Assembly (NCBI GenBank): GCA_903880015.1
Contig: CAIRNS010000002.1
Span: 82,867 to 146,866 of the forward strand
DNA from: an uncultured Elusimicrobia bacterium
Lineage (GTDB): Bacteria > Elusimicrobiota > Endomicrobiia > Endomicrobiales > CAIRNS01
DNA: 64,000 nt
Direction of reading: 5' to 3'
The position numbers and the translations under genes are program-made. Of the stretch, positions 48,277 through 57,269 are shown one piece after another. Each line of letters begins with the position of its first letter. The first letter of the stretch is position 1. Below the pieces are notes generated by a model, which had not been told where the DNA came from, ran no database searches, and saw only the letters and a program-made list of their open reading frames with translations.

Positions 48277-51200
48277 TTAGAAACTCAGGCCGACGCCAGC
48301 GGAAGTTGTATACTGGTCGTTACTCCGGCCCATACCGGCCGTGTAGGAAATATTCTTGTGAAAAGTGCGACCCTTGATGCCTACGGCAACCGCATTCTCA
48401 CCCTGGAAGTTGCCATACCCGAGGCCCATAGTGAAATCTTTGTCGGGTGAAGGGTCCGGAATAGCCGCTAATGCAGACGCTGAAGCAATACCGGCGTACG
48501 CTGTTTTCATTTGACGGAAGTTAACCGCATCAAAATCATTATGCCCGTCGGCAACGCCGGTTACATGCACGGGGCCGCCGGTTGTATCGTCGCGGAAAGT
48601 TGCTCCGCCGTCGTCAAGAGTCATTGAAGTTGAATTGGTTCCGCCGGAAAGAACCGTCCGGGTTTGGTTGATGTCCACCCCATGCGCCTTGCCGTCAGGC
48701 GTATTGACCAACAACACTGCCGTGGTGGGCTGCATGTCCAGCAAAGACCAGCCGGTGGCTGAACTATTATCGTTGTCGGAAACGATGGTATTGTGCACGC
48801 CCTGGACTAAGTTGACCGAAGTGCTGGCGTTACCGACTGTGTTAATCGAGTTTGTGGTGGCAACGCCCATATTGTTGTTCATCGCCTCGATATTGTTCGT
48901 TCCGTTTATCGCATTGGCGGTCATATAGTTCTTCCCGCTTGACCCGATGGCGGAAATGGTGTTGGTCTGGCTGGCTGCGTCGGCATGCATGGCGTTGCTG
49001 CCGGCGGTTGCGGTGATGGTGTTGTCGCCGGTGGTCGCCGTAATCTTATTGTTATTGGCGGCGGTCATAATGTTGTCGGTTCCGGCCGTTATGGTGTTGG
49101 TCAGCGTGCTGGTCATGGCATTGGTAAGGCCGGTGACGGTGTTGACGGAAGTGCCGGCGTTACCGACGGTGTTAATCGAGTTTGCGGTGGCAACGCCCAT
49201 CTTGTTGGTCATCGCCTCGATATTGTTCGTTCCGGTTGTTGCGTTAGCGGTAATATTGTTGACGCCATTAAGCCCGACAGCAGATACGGTGTTTGACTGG
49301 TTAGCCGCATTAGCCGACATGCTGTTGCTGCCGGTGGTCGCGGTAATCGTGTTGTCGCCGGTGGTCGCAGTGACGGTGTTGCCGGTGCCGCCGGTCAATT
49401 GATTTTTCAGCGTGGCGTTAAGGGTATTATTGGTGCCTGCCGTCAGGGTGTTGGCAGCAGTGCTGGTCAAATCATTGGTGACGCCGCTGATGTTGTTGTC
49501 AGAAGTGCCGGCATTACCCATGTTGTTGACCGAGTTGGCGGTTGCAGAGCCTATATTGTTGGTTTTCGCCTCTACATTATTGGTACCGGTAGTTGCGTTG
49601 GCGGTCATGTTGTTAATGCCATTGAGGCCGGTGGCGGTAATGTCGTTTTTCCCGTTTGATCCGTCGGCAGACAAGGTGTTTGACTGGCTCGCTGCGTCAG
49701 CCGAAAATATGTTGCTGCCGGCGGTTGCGGTGACGGCGTTGTTGCCGGTGGTCGCGGTGACGGTGTTGCCGGTGCCGCCCGTAATGGTGTTGGCGCCGGT
49801 GCTGACTATATCATTGGTAGCGCCGCTGATGTTGTTGTCAGAAGTGCCGGCGTTACCGATGTTGTTGACTGAGTTGGCGGTTGCATACCCCATATTGTTG
49901 GTCTTTGCTTCTACATTATTGGTACCGGTGGTTGCATTGGCGGTTATATTGTTGATGCCGTTGAGACCGGTTGCGGTAATGTAATTCAGCCCATTTGATC
50001 CGTCAGCAGACAAAGTGTTTGACTGGCTCGCTGCGTCAGCCGAAAATATGTTGCTCCCGGCAGTGGCGGTAACGGCATTGTTTCCGGTGGTGGCGGTGAC
50101 GGTGTTGCCGGTGCCGCCGACCAGTTGGTTTTGTTGGGTGGCATTGAGTTCGTTGTTGAGGGTGGCGTTAAGGATGTTGTCAGTGCCGGCGGTCAGAGTG
50201 TTGGTGGTGGTCGCCTGAATTGCGTTTGTCCCGCCCGCGCCGGTCGCCAGAATCTGGTTGGATGTATCGGTATTACCGCCGATAGTAACGGCGGTAGCGC
50301 CGGCGACATTGGTTGCCTGTAACACCTGGATTTCAGCCGTTGTTGCTGTCCCGACGGAAAGGGTGGCGCTGGCGTCCTGGAGCGCTAAGCTCGAAGAATT
50401 CGTGCCGCCCGTTAAGGTTGTTCGGGTAGTGGATATGTTCAGTCCATGTCCCGCCAATGAATTGCCGGCGTCGGTAACATTATTGAGTAAGGAAACCGTG
50501 CCGTTGTTGTTGACGGTTAGTCCTTCGCCCGATGAGGTCAAAGCGCTGAGTTTTGTGGTGGTGGCGGTTACTGAAGCGCCGCCGGTGACAGACAGTGTAT
50601 TCGTGGTGGTTGCGGTGTTGCTGTTTGTTGCTCCGGTGACGGCTGTTCCCGCTACGGCCGTGGTGACGCTGCCGCCGCTGGTTGTTTGAATAGTGTTACT
50701 GGTGGCGCTGGTCATGGTGTTGGTAGCGCCGGTCATGGTGTTAGCTGAAGATCCGGCTGTTCCGACGGTGTTGGTAGAGCCACTGGCCGTCAAATTATTG
50801 GTCACGCCCAGCGTGCCGCCAACAGCGGTGTTCCCGGACCCGTCAGCAACGGTAAATTTGCCGGAGTCCATATTGAGGCCGCCGTTTAAGCTCGTTAGCC
50901 CGGTCACGCTCATGGTTCCTGTGTTGGTCAGCGTTCCGTTCATGGAAAGATCGGTCGCTCCGCTGATTGCGCCGGCGCTACTTATGCCGTTCCCGCCATT
51001 GCTAATGCCATTTAAAGTGGAACTGCCGCTGACGCTGACCGAAGTCAAAGTCCCCAGAGAGGTGATGTTGGATTGCGACGCCCCTGTTACGGTGGTGGCA
51101 GAGGTGGCCGAACCGGCACTGGTGGCATAGCCCGCATTGGTTGCCGTTGATGCATTGCCCGTCAGATCGCCGGTTACATTACCGGTCACATTGCCTTGAA

Positions 51201-51471
51201 CCCCGTTCATGGCAATGATTACCGGGGCGATTTTAAATTCGGTAGAGCTGATGTACGCTCTGTCCCCCTGGCTGACATTGAAAATGATCGATTCACTCCC
51301 AGGATTTTCTGCATCATTGTCGGCGGCGATAATGACGCCCTGGTCGTTGCTTATTTCCGTTGTCCAACTTGAGCCTGCCATTGCACTTTCGATGCAATAA
51401 CTGTTGATCGTTATCGCCAGTCCCAAAACCAGAAAGATTTTTCCTGCTGATGCGCGTTTTTTCTTTTGCAT
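48277..51471 (-). CDS. Trimeric autotransporter adhesin (YadA-like, type Vc) with a repetitive passenger
   Basis: Start at the internal ATG 51471 (MQKKKRASAGKIFLVLGLAI signal, GAGGG RBS). The C-terminus DAVNFRQMKTAYAGIASASALAAIPDP...GLGYGNFQGENAVAVGIKG...SAGVGLSF matches the YadA-type membrane anchor pattern. The passenger is T/N/G/A-rich repeats. Confidence 0.85.
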   Translation of the reverse strand: MQKKKRASAGKIFLVLGLAITINSYCIESAMAGSSWTTEISNDQGVIIAADNDAENPGSESIIFNVSQGDRAYISSTEFKIAPVIIAMNGVQGNVTGNVTGDLTGNASTATNAGYATSAGSATSATTVTGASQSNITSLGTLTSVSVSGSSTLNGISNGGNGISSAGAISGATDLSMNGTLTNTGTMSVTGLTSLNGGLNMDSGKFTVADGSGNTAVGGTLGVTNNLTASGSTNTVGTAGSSANTMTGATNTMTSATSNTIQTTSGGSVTTAVAGTAVTGATNSNTATTTNTLSVTGGASVTATTTKLSALTSSGEGLTVNNNGTVSLLNNVTDAGNSLAGHGLNISTTRTTLTGGTNSSSLALQDASATLSVGTATTAEIQVLQATNVAGATAVTIGGNTDTSNQILATGAGGTNAIQATTTNTLTAGTDNILNATLNNELNATQQNQLVGGTGNTVTATTGNNAVTATAGSNIFSADAASQSNTLSADGSNGLNYITATGLNGINNITANATTGTNNVEAKTNNMGYATANSVNNIGNAGTSDNNISGATNDIVSTGANTITGGTGNTVTATTGNNAVTATAGSNIFSADAASQSNTLSADGSNGKNDITATGLNGINNMTANATTGTNNVEAKTNNIGSATANSVNNMGNAGTSDNNISGVTNDLTSTAANTLTAGTNNTLNATLKNQLTGGTGNTVTATTGDNTITATTGSNSMSANAANQSNTVSAVGLNGVNNITANATTGTNNIEAMTNKMGVATANSINTVGNAGTSVNTVTGLTNAMTSTLTNTITAGTDNIMTAANNNKITATTGDNTITATAGSNAMHADAASQTNTISAIGSSGKNYMTANAINGTNNIEAMNNNMGVATTNSINTVGNASTSVNLVQGVHNTIVSDNDNSSATGWSLLDMQPTTAVLLVNTPDGKAHGVDINQTRTVLSGGTNSTSMTLDDGGATFRDDTTGGPVHVTGVADGHNDFDAVNFRQMKTAYAGIASASALAAIPDPSPDKDFTMGLGYGNFQGENAVAVGIKGRTFHKNISYTAGMGRSNDQYTTSAGVGLSF
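48800..50120 (-). repeat. Four in-frame tandem repeat units (periods 339, 387 and 330 bp) inside the adhesin gene
   Basis: Near-identical DNA blocks start at 50020, 49681, 49294 and about 48964 (TGACTGGCTCGCTGCGTCAGCCGAAAATATGTTGCT...). The encoded repeat is GGTGNTVTATTGNNAVTATAGSNIFSADAASQSNTLSADGSNG... Confidence 0.85.
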
Positions 51472-51571
51472 AATCACCCTCTCAAAATTTGTCGTATGAT
51501 TAAAAACGATGCATTTTTGCTTGCAAAAGAAGGATAACAGGGGGAACATTGTTTGTCAATGGTTATTTGAA

Positions 51572-52192
51572 TTATTGCACCACTTCTTTTTTTATCACCA
51601 CGCATCCCGTGCCGGCCGGCATCAAAAATATTTTTACTGATCCACCGTCGAGTATGCGGATATCTTTTTTGAGTATGCCTATACGCTTTAAATTCTTAAA
51701 AATATTTTTTTCCATATAATCGCAGGATTGCGGCACATACTCAACGACATCATACACTGCGCCGGCCTGACCGGAAGTCAACGGGGCGAAAGTGGCGCTG
51801 GCGTACAAGGGCTGTACATCTTTCACCTGCACCTCGACGGAAACTGAAAAAATGCTTTGGTCCGGCAGTTTTTTAGGCAAAAACAAATACGCTCCACTGG
51901 TGCTGTTGGCGGTGATGTACGACATAACTTCATTGATGCGGCTGGTGCAGGCAAATATCCCCGCTTTAACCGCAGCTTGCGTAATCGGATTAACCCCGGG
52001 AGTCGCTGCCGGTGCCGGTTGCGCCGCCGGCGCTGGCGTAGTGGTTTCTGCCGGTTTTGGCGCTGCAGCCATCTGCGTTGCCTTATAAGCCGCACTACCC
52101 TTAGGGGCCGCTGCCGCGGAACCTGTCAATCCTGCCGTTAACAAACAATACATTCCCAACCCTGCACACATGATCACTGCGAACCGTTTCAT
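51572..52192 (-). CDS. Hypothetical secreted protein (206 aa) with an Ala/Pro-rich linker; first gene of the adhesin cluster
   Basis: Signal peptide MKRFAVIMCAGLGMYCLLTAGLTGSAAA, AAGGAG RBS, and 22 nt between its stop and the adhesin ORF region. No family recognised. Confidence 0.5.
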   Translation of the reverse strand: MKRFAVIMCAGLGMYCLLTAGLTGSAAAAPKGSAAYKATQMAAAPKPAETTTPAPAAQPAPAATPGVNPITQAAVKAGIFACTSRINEVMSYITANSTSGAYLFLPKKLPDQSIFSVSVEVQVKDVQPLYASATFAPLTSGQAGAVYDVVEYVPQSCDYMEKNIFKNLKRIGILKKDIRILDGGSVKIFLMPAGTGCVVIKKEVVQ

Positions 52193-52212
52193 AGAATCTC
52201 CTTTTCTCTATA

Positions 52213-52245
52213 CAAAAAAACGCCGCGAAAGTTATTTTTCGCGGA
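52213..52245 (-). terminator. Intrinsic terminator located in the 5' leader of the adhesin cluster
   Basis: On the minus strand, CCGCGAAA/TTTCGCGG (52237-52244 pairs with 52223-52230, 6-nt loop) is followed by U7 (A7 at 52214-52220). The run ends about 10 nt before the RBS of the 206-aa gene. Confidence 0.6.
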
Positions 52246-52362
52246 CGGTAAAGCTACATATTGAGCGCCGATCGTTTTGTTACAGGTGCCAACCCGCCAC
52301 ATAACGCAAGCGCAGATGCATGTATATTCAAAAAGAAATCCCGAGGGATATCATGTATGTTT

Positions 52363-52391
52363 ATTGTATGAAATAAAATTTTGTCTGTAAA
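52363..52391 (-). promoter_or_regulatory. Putative sigma70-type promoter of the adhesin-cluster leader
   Basis: On the minus strand: TTTACA (52391-52386), a 17-nt spacer, then TACAAT (52368-52363). Confidence 0.4.
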
Positions 52392-52461
52392 GAAATATTA
52401 TTGTCGGAGCTTTTTGTCACCGAAGTCATCATGCGGCGGAGAGATTAATACATGGTGGTAC

Positions 52462-52505
52462 AAAAAAAATCAGGGCCGCCGCACGGCATTGACTGCGGAG
52501 GCCCC
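52462..52505 (-). terminator. Rho-independent terminator of the small OMP gene
   Basis: On the minus strand, GGGCCTCCGCAG...CGTGCGGCGGCCC forms a GC-rich hairpin (52473-52504) followed by U8 (A8 at 52462-52469). Confidence 0.65.
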
Positions 52506-52518
52506 GAAAAACTAACTC

Positions 52519-53106
52519 TTAGAAAGTAACCGCGACGCCTAATTCCATTCTCATACCGTCGAGGCTTTTGACTCTTTCCCCTGTTGCTACGAATCCGGCA
52601 GTAGCCGCTGTTACATCGGTGATATCAATGAAGCGATAGCCGATGTTCGCATAGAATGCCGTGCTAACTGATTTGCCGGCATTTTCATACTTGATACCGC
52701 CGTTGATGCCGATAACCGGCGCTACCTGCGACAACGCCGCGCATGCGGCGATGGTGCCCGGAAGCGATTGGGATTGCATTGAGCCGATTTCGAGGCCGAC
52801 CGATACCGGGACATCTTTCGAAACGGAAGCGATTTCTTTGTCAAAACACAGCAATTGCAATTGGTTGGAAAACCGCATGTTGCTCGCTGAGTTTGCCGCA
52901 TCCGCGATCTGCAGGTTCTGCTGTTCCACTTTATAGCCCAGCGAGAACTTGTCCAAATCGAATCCAATGGTGAACCCGGTGCTCATGCCGGTAATGCGGG
53001 TGTCTGCGAACGAGTTGAATGTTGGCCCGATCTTAAACGAAACCGCCGCACTTGCCGTTGCTACTGCCAACGCTAATACTGCTGCTGCAATACCAAGCTT
53101 CTTCAT
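52519..53106 (-). CDS. Small outer-membrane beta-barrel protein (about 8 strands, OmpW/OmpX-size class)
   Basis: Signal peptide MKKLGIAAAVLALAVATASA, alternating amphipathic strands, and a C-terminal LGVAVTF with terminal Phe. AAGGAGGA RBS. Confidence 0.6.
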   Translation of the reverse strand: MKKLGIAAAVLALAVATASAAVSFKIGPTFNSFADTRITGMSTGFTIGFDLDKFSLGYKVEQQNLQIADAANSASNMRFSNQLQLLCFDKEIASVSKDVPVSVGLEIGSMQSQSLPGTIAACAALSQVAPVIGINGGIKYENAGKSVSTAFYANIGYRFIDITDVTAATAGFVATGERVKSLDGMRMELGVAVTF

Positions 53107-53486
53107 GTGTGTTCCTCCTTGATTTTAACTGCTTTTTTCCACCCTGAGACAACGCACCTCCTTATAGTAATGTATAGGGGGCGTTTTGCCCCTGGTCGGT
53201 CGACATCGCGAACGACAAAAAATGCGCAGAAAAAGCGGTGCGCAGAGGGTTTTTTTGTGATGATATCCGGGGGTTATAGGTTTGTGTTGGGGAAGATGCA
53301 GAATCAATAGAGGAAAATGCTCCGCATGGACTGGTGCGTGCAATACAGCACAATGAAGATGTGGACAACACTATCAACCACTTCATTCGGTCCTCCGCTT
53401 TATAAAAAAGCAGGATGCGAACAAATCAAGACATTGTCAAGATTCCTTTAAGATTATATGAAGATTGATATTGCAATGTCAAGGCG

Positions 53487-54293
53487 TTATGCGGCGGCAA
53501 GCAGTGACACAGCGGCGGCGGGGTCGGCAAGGGGGATATGGTTGAGCCGGCGGCGGTCAGTTTCCTGAATGAATGCGTATATGCGCGGGAAATATCGTCC
53601 GAAAAATAAATAGAATGAGTTCCCCTGCGCACATTCTTTCGCTTGGAAGCCGCCGACAACAGTAATTCCGGCGGCTGTCAGCAGGGATGCACCGCGCATC
53701 AAAAACCGCGCTATGGTCATGTTCGCTCTGTCGCGTTTGGCAATGGCGTTCTGCTGCCAGAATGGCGTTAGCCCAGGGCCGTAAATAAGCTCGTCGGTCC
53801 TGGCCAGCACATTCTGCAGTGCCGTTGAAAGATCGACGCCGGCGGTTATCCTGTCAAGAAATTGGCAGGCAAATACCTGGGCAATACGGTCCGCGGCGGG
53901 GTGAGATGCTGAGAGCCCCTCCGCATCGTCGACAGATGCCCACACCCGATGCAGGTAGCGCGCAATGATTTCCTGAACTTTGAGGGCATACAAGGGATAA
54001 TTCCGCGGCTGGTTGAGATCTTCCGGCACGATCCATGCGGGGTCTTCCAGTATATTATCTATGACTTCCACCGCGGTAGGAAAATACCATTCTCGGTAAA
54101 TCTTGGTAGAGGCGCCGGATATTTTTGCTGCAATCTCGAATTCCTTACATCGTGCCTCGAACTGCTTGGCGCCCCCGATAGTTGCGACCCATGCTTTTCT
54201 GATTCCGGGAATATCTTGACGGAAAAGGGCATCCATTTCCTGGATGGTCTGCAGCGCCGCGGCGACATGCGCTGAAATCTCTTCGTCAGTCAT
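53487..54293 (-). CDS. Hypothetical protein (268 aa from ATG 54293; the track start 54323 is also possible), coupled to giant gene B
   Basis: The ATG at 54293 overlaps the B stop in ATGACTGA (8-nt overlap). No family recognised. Confidence 0.5.
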   Translation of the reverse strand: MTDEEISAHVAAALQTIQEMDALFRQDIPGIRKAWVATIGGAKQFEARCKEFEIAAKISGASTKIYREWYFPTAVEVIDNILEDPAWIVPEDLNQPRNYPLYALKVQEIIARYLHRVWASVDDAEGLSASHPAADRIAQVFACQFLDRITAGVDLSTALQNVLARTDELIYGPGLTPFWQQNAIAKRDRANMTIARFLMRGASLLTAAGITVVGGFQAKECAQGNSFYLFFGRYFPRIYAFIQETDRRRLNHIPLADPAAAVSLLAAA

Positions 54294-57036
54294 GCGGGAA
54301 CCGCAGGTGGTATTCGTCATCAAGCGCTTCGTGGACTTGCGCGGCGAAGTTGTCGTGTGTCTTGGCCGCTCTTATTTTCCCCGCATGTGTATAATAGTTT
54401 TCCTTCCCCGAAGCTTTTTCCCGCCCCGTGCGTACAATCAGCGTGTATAAAAGGTACTGAAAATCGTCGGCGCTGGGAACCTCGTGGTGAAACTGGTCAA
54501 CCGCGTTTCCCGCCCTTTTTCGTTCGGATTCGGTAATCATGGCTGTGCGGTATACCGATGACAGCGTCGGATCAAAGAGTTTCCGCCCGTCTATGTGGCG
54601 GCCTTGGCGCACAATCCTTTCAACATCCAGTGTCGCCAGTTCATCGGCGTCAATAAATATTTTTTCCACCGGGGTCAACTCATGTCCCGGGGCAATGTTG
54701 GTTTGCCCGCGGTGATTGAGGCAGGCGGCCGCCACGGTTTGCGTAAAATTATCATCATATCCGGTGCGGGGCAATAGCAGGTGCGTCAGCGCGGCTGCAT
54801 CTTGATTATGGTCATCGCGTTTGTACACGCTGGTCATGTCGTGCAGGACCGAAACAGCGAGGATGATGCGGGCATTTTCGGTGAAATCGCCCGGGACGGA
54901 GCTGCCCTCCTGCCGGAGTATGTCCAGTGAGATGCGGGCAACTTCGATTGAATGCAGAAGGCCGTGTTCGGCATCATTGGCGTACATGCGGAATTTAGCG
55001 GGATCAACGATGAATGATTGGTACACCGCTATCCGGCGCACTGAACTTGCATTTAACGGCAGTATTCCAAAATGCAGGCGGTTGTCGCGGGTGTCGTAGA
55101 ACAAACCCCGTTCACAGGTCGTATTTTTTGCTGCGTTAACAAAGTCCTGCATAGTCTTTGCCGGAAAAAGTCTTTCGGGTTCGTTGTGGTCCTCTGCCAG
55201 CAATGCATATGCTTTTTCTATCCGCTCGTTGACGGAAAGTTCACGATGGGTATCCGCGCCGGCAGTACGCACCTGAGTACTGCTCGCCCGTCCCTGTTCG
55301 ATTCGTGAGAAATAGTGCACATCGCCAACCGTACAGCCGCAATCCTCTTCCGTGATCATTGTTTCCACCGGCATGTGTGCGGCGACTGCTGTCACGGTGC
55401 TCCAGCGTTCAAGTATCTCCCGCCCCTCGGTGGCGGAAAGATGTTCGTGCAGTATCCCGTTGACCAGCGCGAAGAAAGACCGCGCGATGTACGCTCTGCG
55501 CAACGGCGGCGGGAGAAGGGGTACTATTTTAAGCCAGAATCCGCGCGGCGGCATCAGGGCGTCGGCGGGATAGCCGTGAATAAAAGTGCCTGTCATTGCG
55601 GCGTGATAGTTTTTTTCCCTGTCGCGGGATGCGGCAAATCGGGGGGTTACCAAGACCACCGGCACCCCGCGTTTTGCCAGGGCGTCCGCTAATCCGACAT
55701 GGAAGCCGCCGGCAACAGCGACCGCTATTTCTTGGCGGTCAGTTTTTTTTCGGGGCAATGCCTGCAGGCCGCGCAGGATTGCGTCGGCAAAGATTTCGTT
55801 GCGTGCGATATTGGCGCGGTGATAGGCGCTGATTGTTTCGTCGGAAAGGATGCGGGTTACCGGCTGCATCTCAGCAGAAACGCCGAGCATGTCGGCTTGA
55901 AACGCGGCACTGCCGGCTTCCAGCTGTGCGTGGTCATCGGGCGTGATGCGCAACGTTGCGTAGTCGGCAATGCGGGCAAGCATGTCAGCCATCAGGAACA
56001 TGCGCATTGCCTGTGGTCCGGCAGCCCGCGCCAGCACCTTTTCGCGGAACAGGCGGTCTTCTTCCAGCAGCAGCATCGGATTGACGGTGCCGATGAGTTG
56101 GACCCCTTCGATAAATTCTTTCACGCGTGGCGGGCAGCGCAGATCCTTGAGCGGGGATAACATAGACGGCAGCGTCGCTGTTTTTGCGGTATCGCGCAGA
56201 CACGCGGACACCAGGCGCCACTGGTTGTACGGCAGGCGTCCTTTGAGTTCCTGGACATACGCTGACAATGCGTGCGCCACCTGTCGTTCATCGCCCGCTT
56301 TTTTCAATAGGGCAATCCCGGACACATATTTGTAAAGATTAGGATACCGGGTAAGTGGCTCGTCGTATTTTCGTGCATAGTGCGGATAGCGGGCATACCG
56401 GCGAGGGTCGTTATCATTGCGCAGGGCTCTATCCAGATTGACCACTGCGCGCGGCACGCGCCGGCTTAAGGTTTCTTCAACCGCGGTCCGTGTTTGTTGT
56501 AACTGCTGTTGCGTTGCGTCGCCATCGGCGGCAATGCGTTGCGCCCGCAGTATATTGTCCCAGTACACCTGCCACCGTTCCATGCCTTGCAGGGAAGTTT
56601 CAACATGATCAAGAACCCATCGTTCCGCCCCGCTGAGGAGGCCGGCATCAAGAAGGTCGTCAGCAGCCGCACCCCGGACCGCGCCTGAGGGAATGCATGC
56701 TAGGATAGATGGGCCGACTGGTCCCTCAGGAACACCTTCTAAAAATATGGTTGACAATCGATATCGGGCGTCAAGATCGTCAAGGATACGCATCTGCGCG
56801 CGTTGGGCGGCAGGGTCCCCGTGGAGGTCCTGCAGTATGACGACCGGGGGCACCGTAGCCCGTGCGGGCATCGTGGATGCGGCGATGCTGCCAAGATTGA
56901 CGGGGACAACAATATCCTCCGGCGAGCGTGGCGAGCGCGCAGAGTCCGCTGTAACGGTGGTTATCGGCAATGCGGGTGAAACGGCAAGAAAGACAGCAAG
57001 AAGGATAATCGCTGATGTATGTATGTAAGAATTCAT
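54286..57036 (-). CDS. Large protein B (916 aa): signal/anchor, TIKI/TraB-like head module, C-terminal HD-domain phosphohydrolase
   Basis: The head motifs VVILQDLHGDPAAQ, IFLEGV, ARNEIF and VAGGFHVGLADALAKRGVPVVLVTP are colinear with A and C. The C-terminus carries LLHSIEVARISLDI...AVSVLHDMT...FIDADELA (the H..HD..D pattern). Confidence 0.7.
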   Translation of the reverse strand: MNSYIHTSAIILLAVFLAVSPALPITTVTADSARSPRSPEDIVVPVNLGSIAASTMPARATVPPVVILQDLHGDPAAQRAQMRILDDLDARYRLSTIFLEGVPEGPVGPSILACIPSGAVRGAAADDLLDAGLLSGAERWVLDHVETSLQGMERWQVYWDNILRAQRIAADGDATQQQLQQTRTAVEETLSRRVPRAVVNLDRALRNDNDPRRYARYPHYARKYDEPLTRYPNLYKYVSGIALLKKAGDERQVAHALSAYVQELKGRLPYNQWRLVSACLRDTAKTATLPSMLSPLKDLRCPPRVKEFIEGVQLIGTVNPMLLLEEDRLFREKVLARAAGPQAMRMFLMADMLARIADYATLRITPDDHAQLEAGSAAFQADMLGVSAEMQPVTRILSDETISAYHRANIARNEIFADAILRGLQALPRKKTDRQEIAVAVAGGFHVGLADALAKRGVPVVLVTPRFAASRDREKNYHAAMTGTFIHGYPADALMPPRGFWLKIVPLLPPPLRRAYIARSFFALVNGILHEHLSATEGREILERWSTVTAVAAHMPVETMITEEDCGCTVGDVHYFSRIEQGRASSTQVRTAGADTHRELSVNERIEKAYALLAEDHNEPERLFPAKTMQDFVNAAKNTTCERGLFYDTRDNRLHFGILPLNASSVRRIAVYQSFIVDPAKFRMYANDAEHGLLHSIEVARISLDILRQEGSSVPGDFTENARIILAVSVLHDMTSVYKRDDHNQDAAALTHLLLPRTGYDDNFTQTVAAACLNHRGQTNIAPGHELTPVEKIFIDADELATLDVERIVRQGRHIDGRKLFDPTLSSVYRTAMITESERKRAGNAVDQFHHEVPSADDFQYLLYTLIVRTGREKASGKENYYTHAGKIRAAKTHDNFAAQVHEALDDEYHLRFPHD

Positions 57037-57269
57037 ATGTATATGACTATTATACTTGATACTTCGCCGGCTGAGTTAGCATGTATGAAAAAAAATTGTG
57101 AATCAAATTTTTTAATGATTTTCAATAATTTCACATGTTTTTCATATATTTATTGAAAAAATGAGTTACTATAACATTGTAATCGGCGTATGATGGGGAA
57201 AATAACCCTTGCGGGAAAGGGCAATCAAGATTAGAATAGCATGACAATACAGTGCGTATACAACTTTCT

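Noticed and set aside
48800-50120. Regularly spaced repeats that could suggest a CRISPR array
   Set aside because: The period is 330-387 bp rather than about 60-75 bp. The units are contiguous without unique spacers and sit in frame inside a long coding sequence. No cas genes are present.
48947-51130. Series of plus-strand ORFs (151, 190, 143 and 145 aa and others) rich in V/L/A/P, resembling membrane proteins
   Set aside because: They are antisense translations of the T/N/G/A-rich adhesin repeats. They inherit the repeat periodicity and have no independent start signals.
52246-52356. Idea that the adhesin leader is a c-di-GMP (GEMM) riboswitch, which would fit adhesin control
   Set aside because: I see none of the conserved GEMM-I or GEMM-II sequence features in the leader. 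The class is left unassigned.
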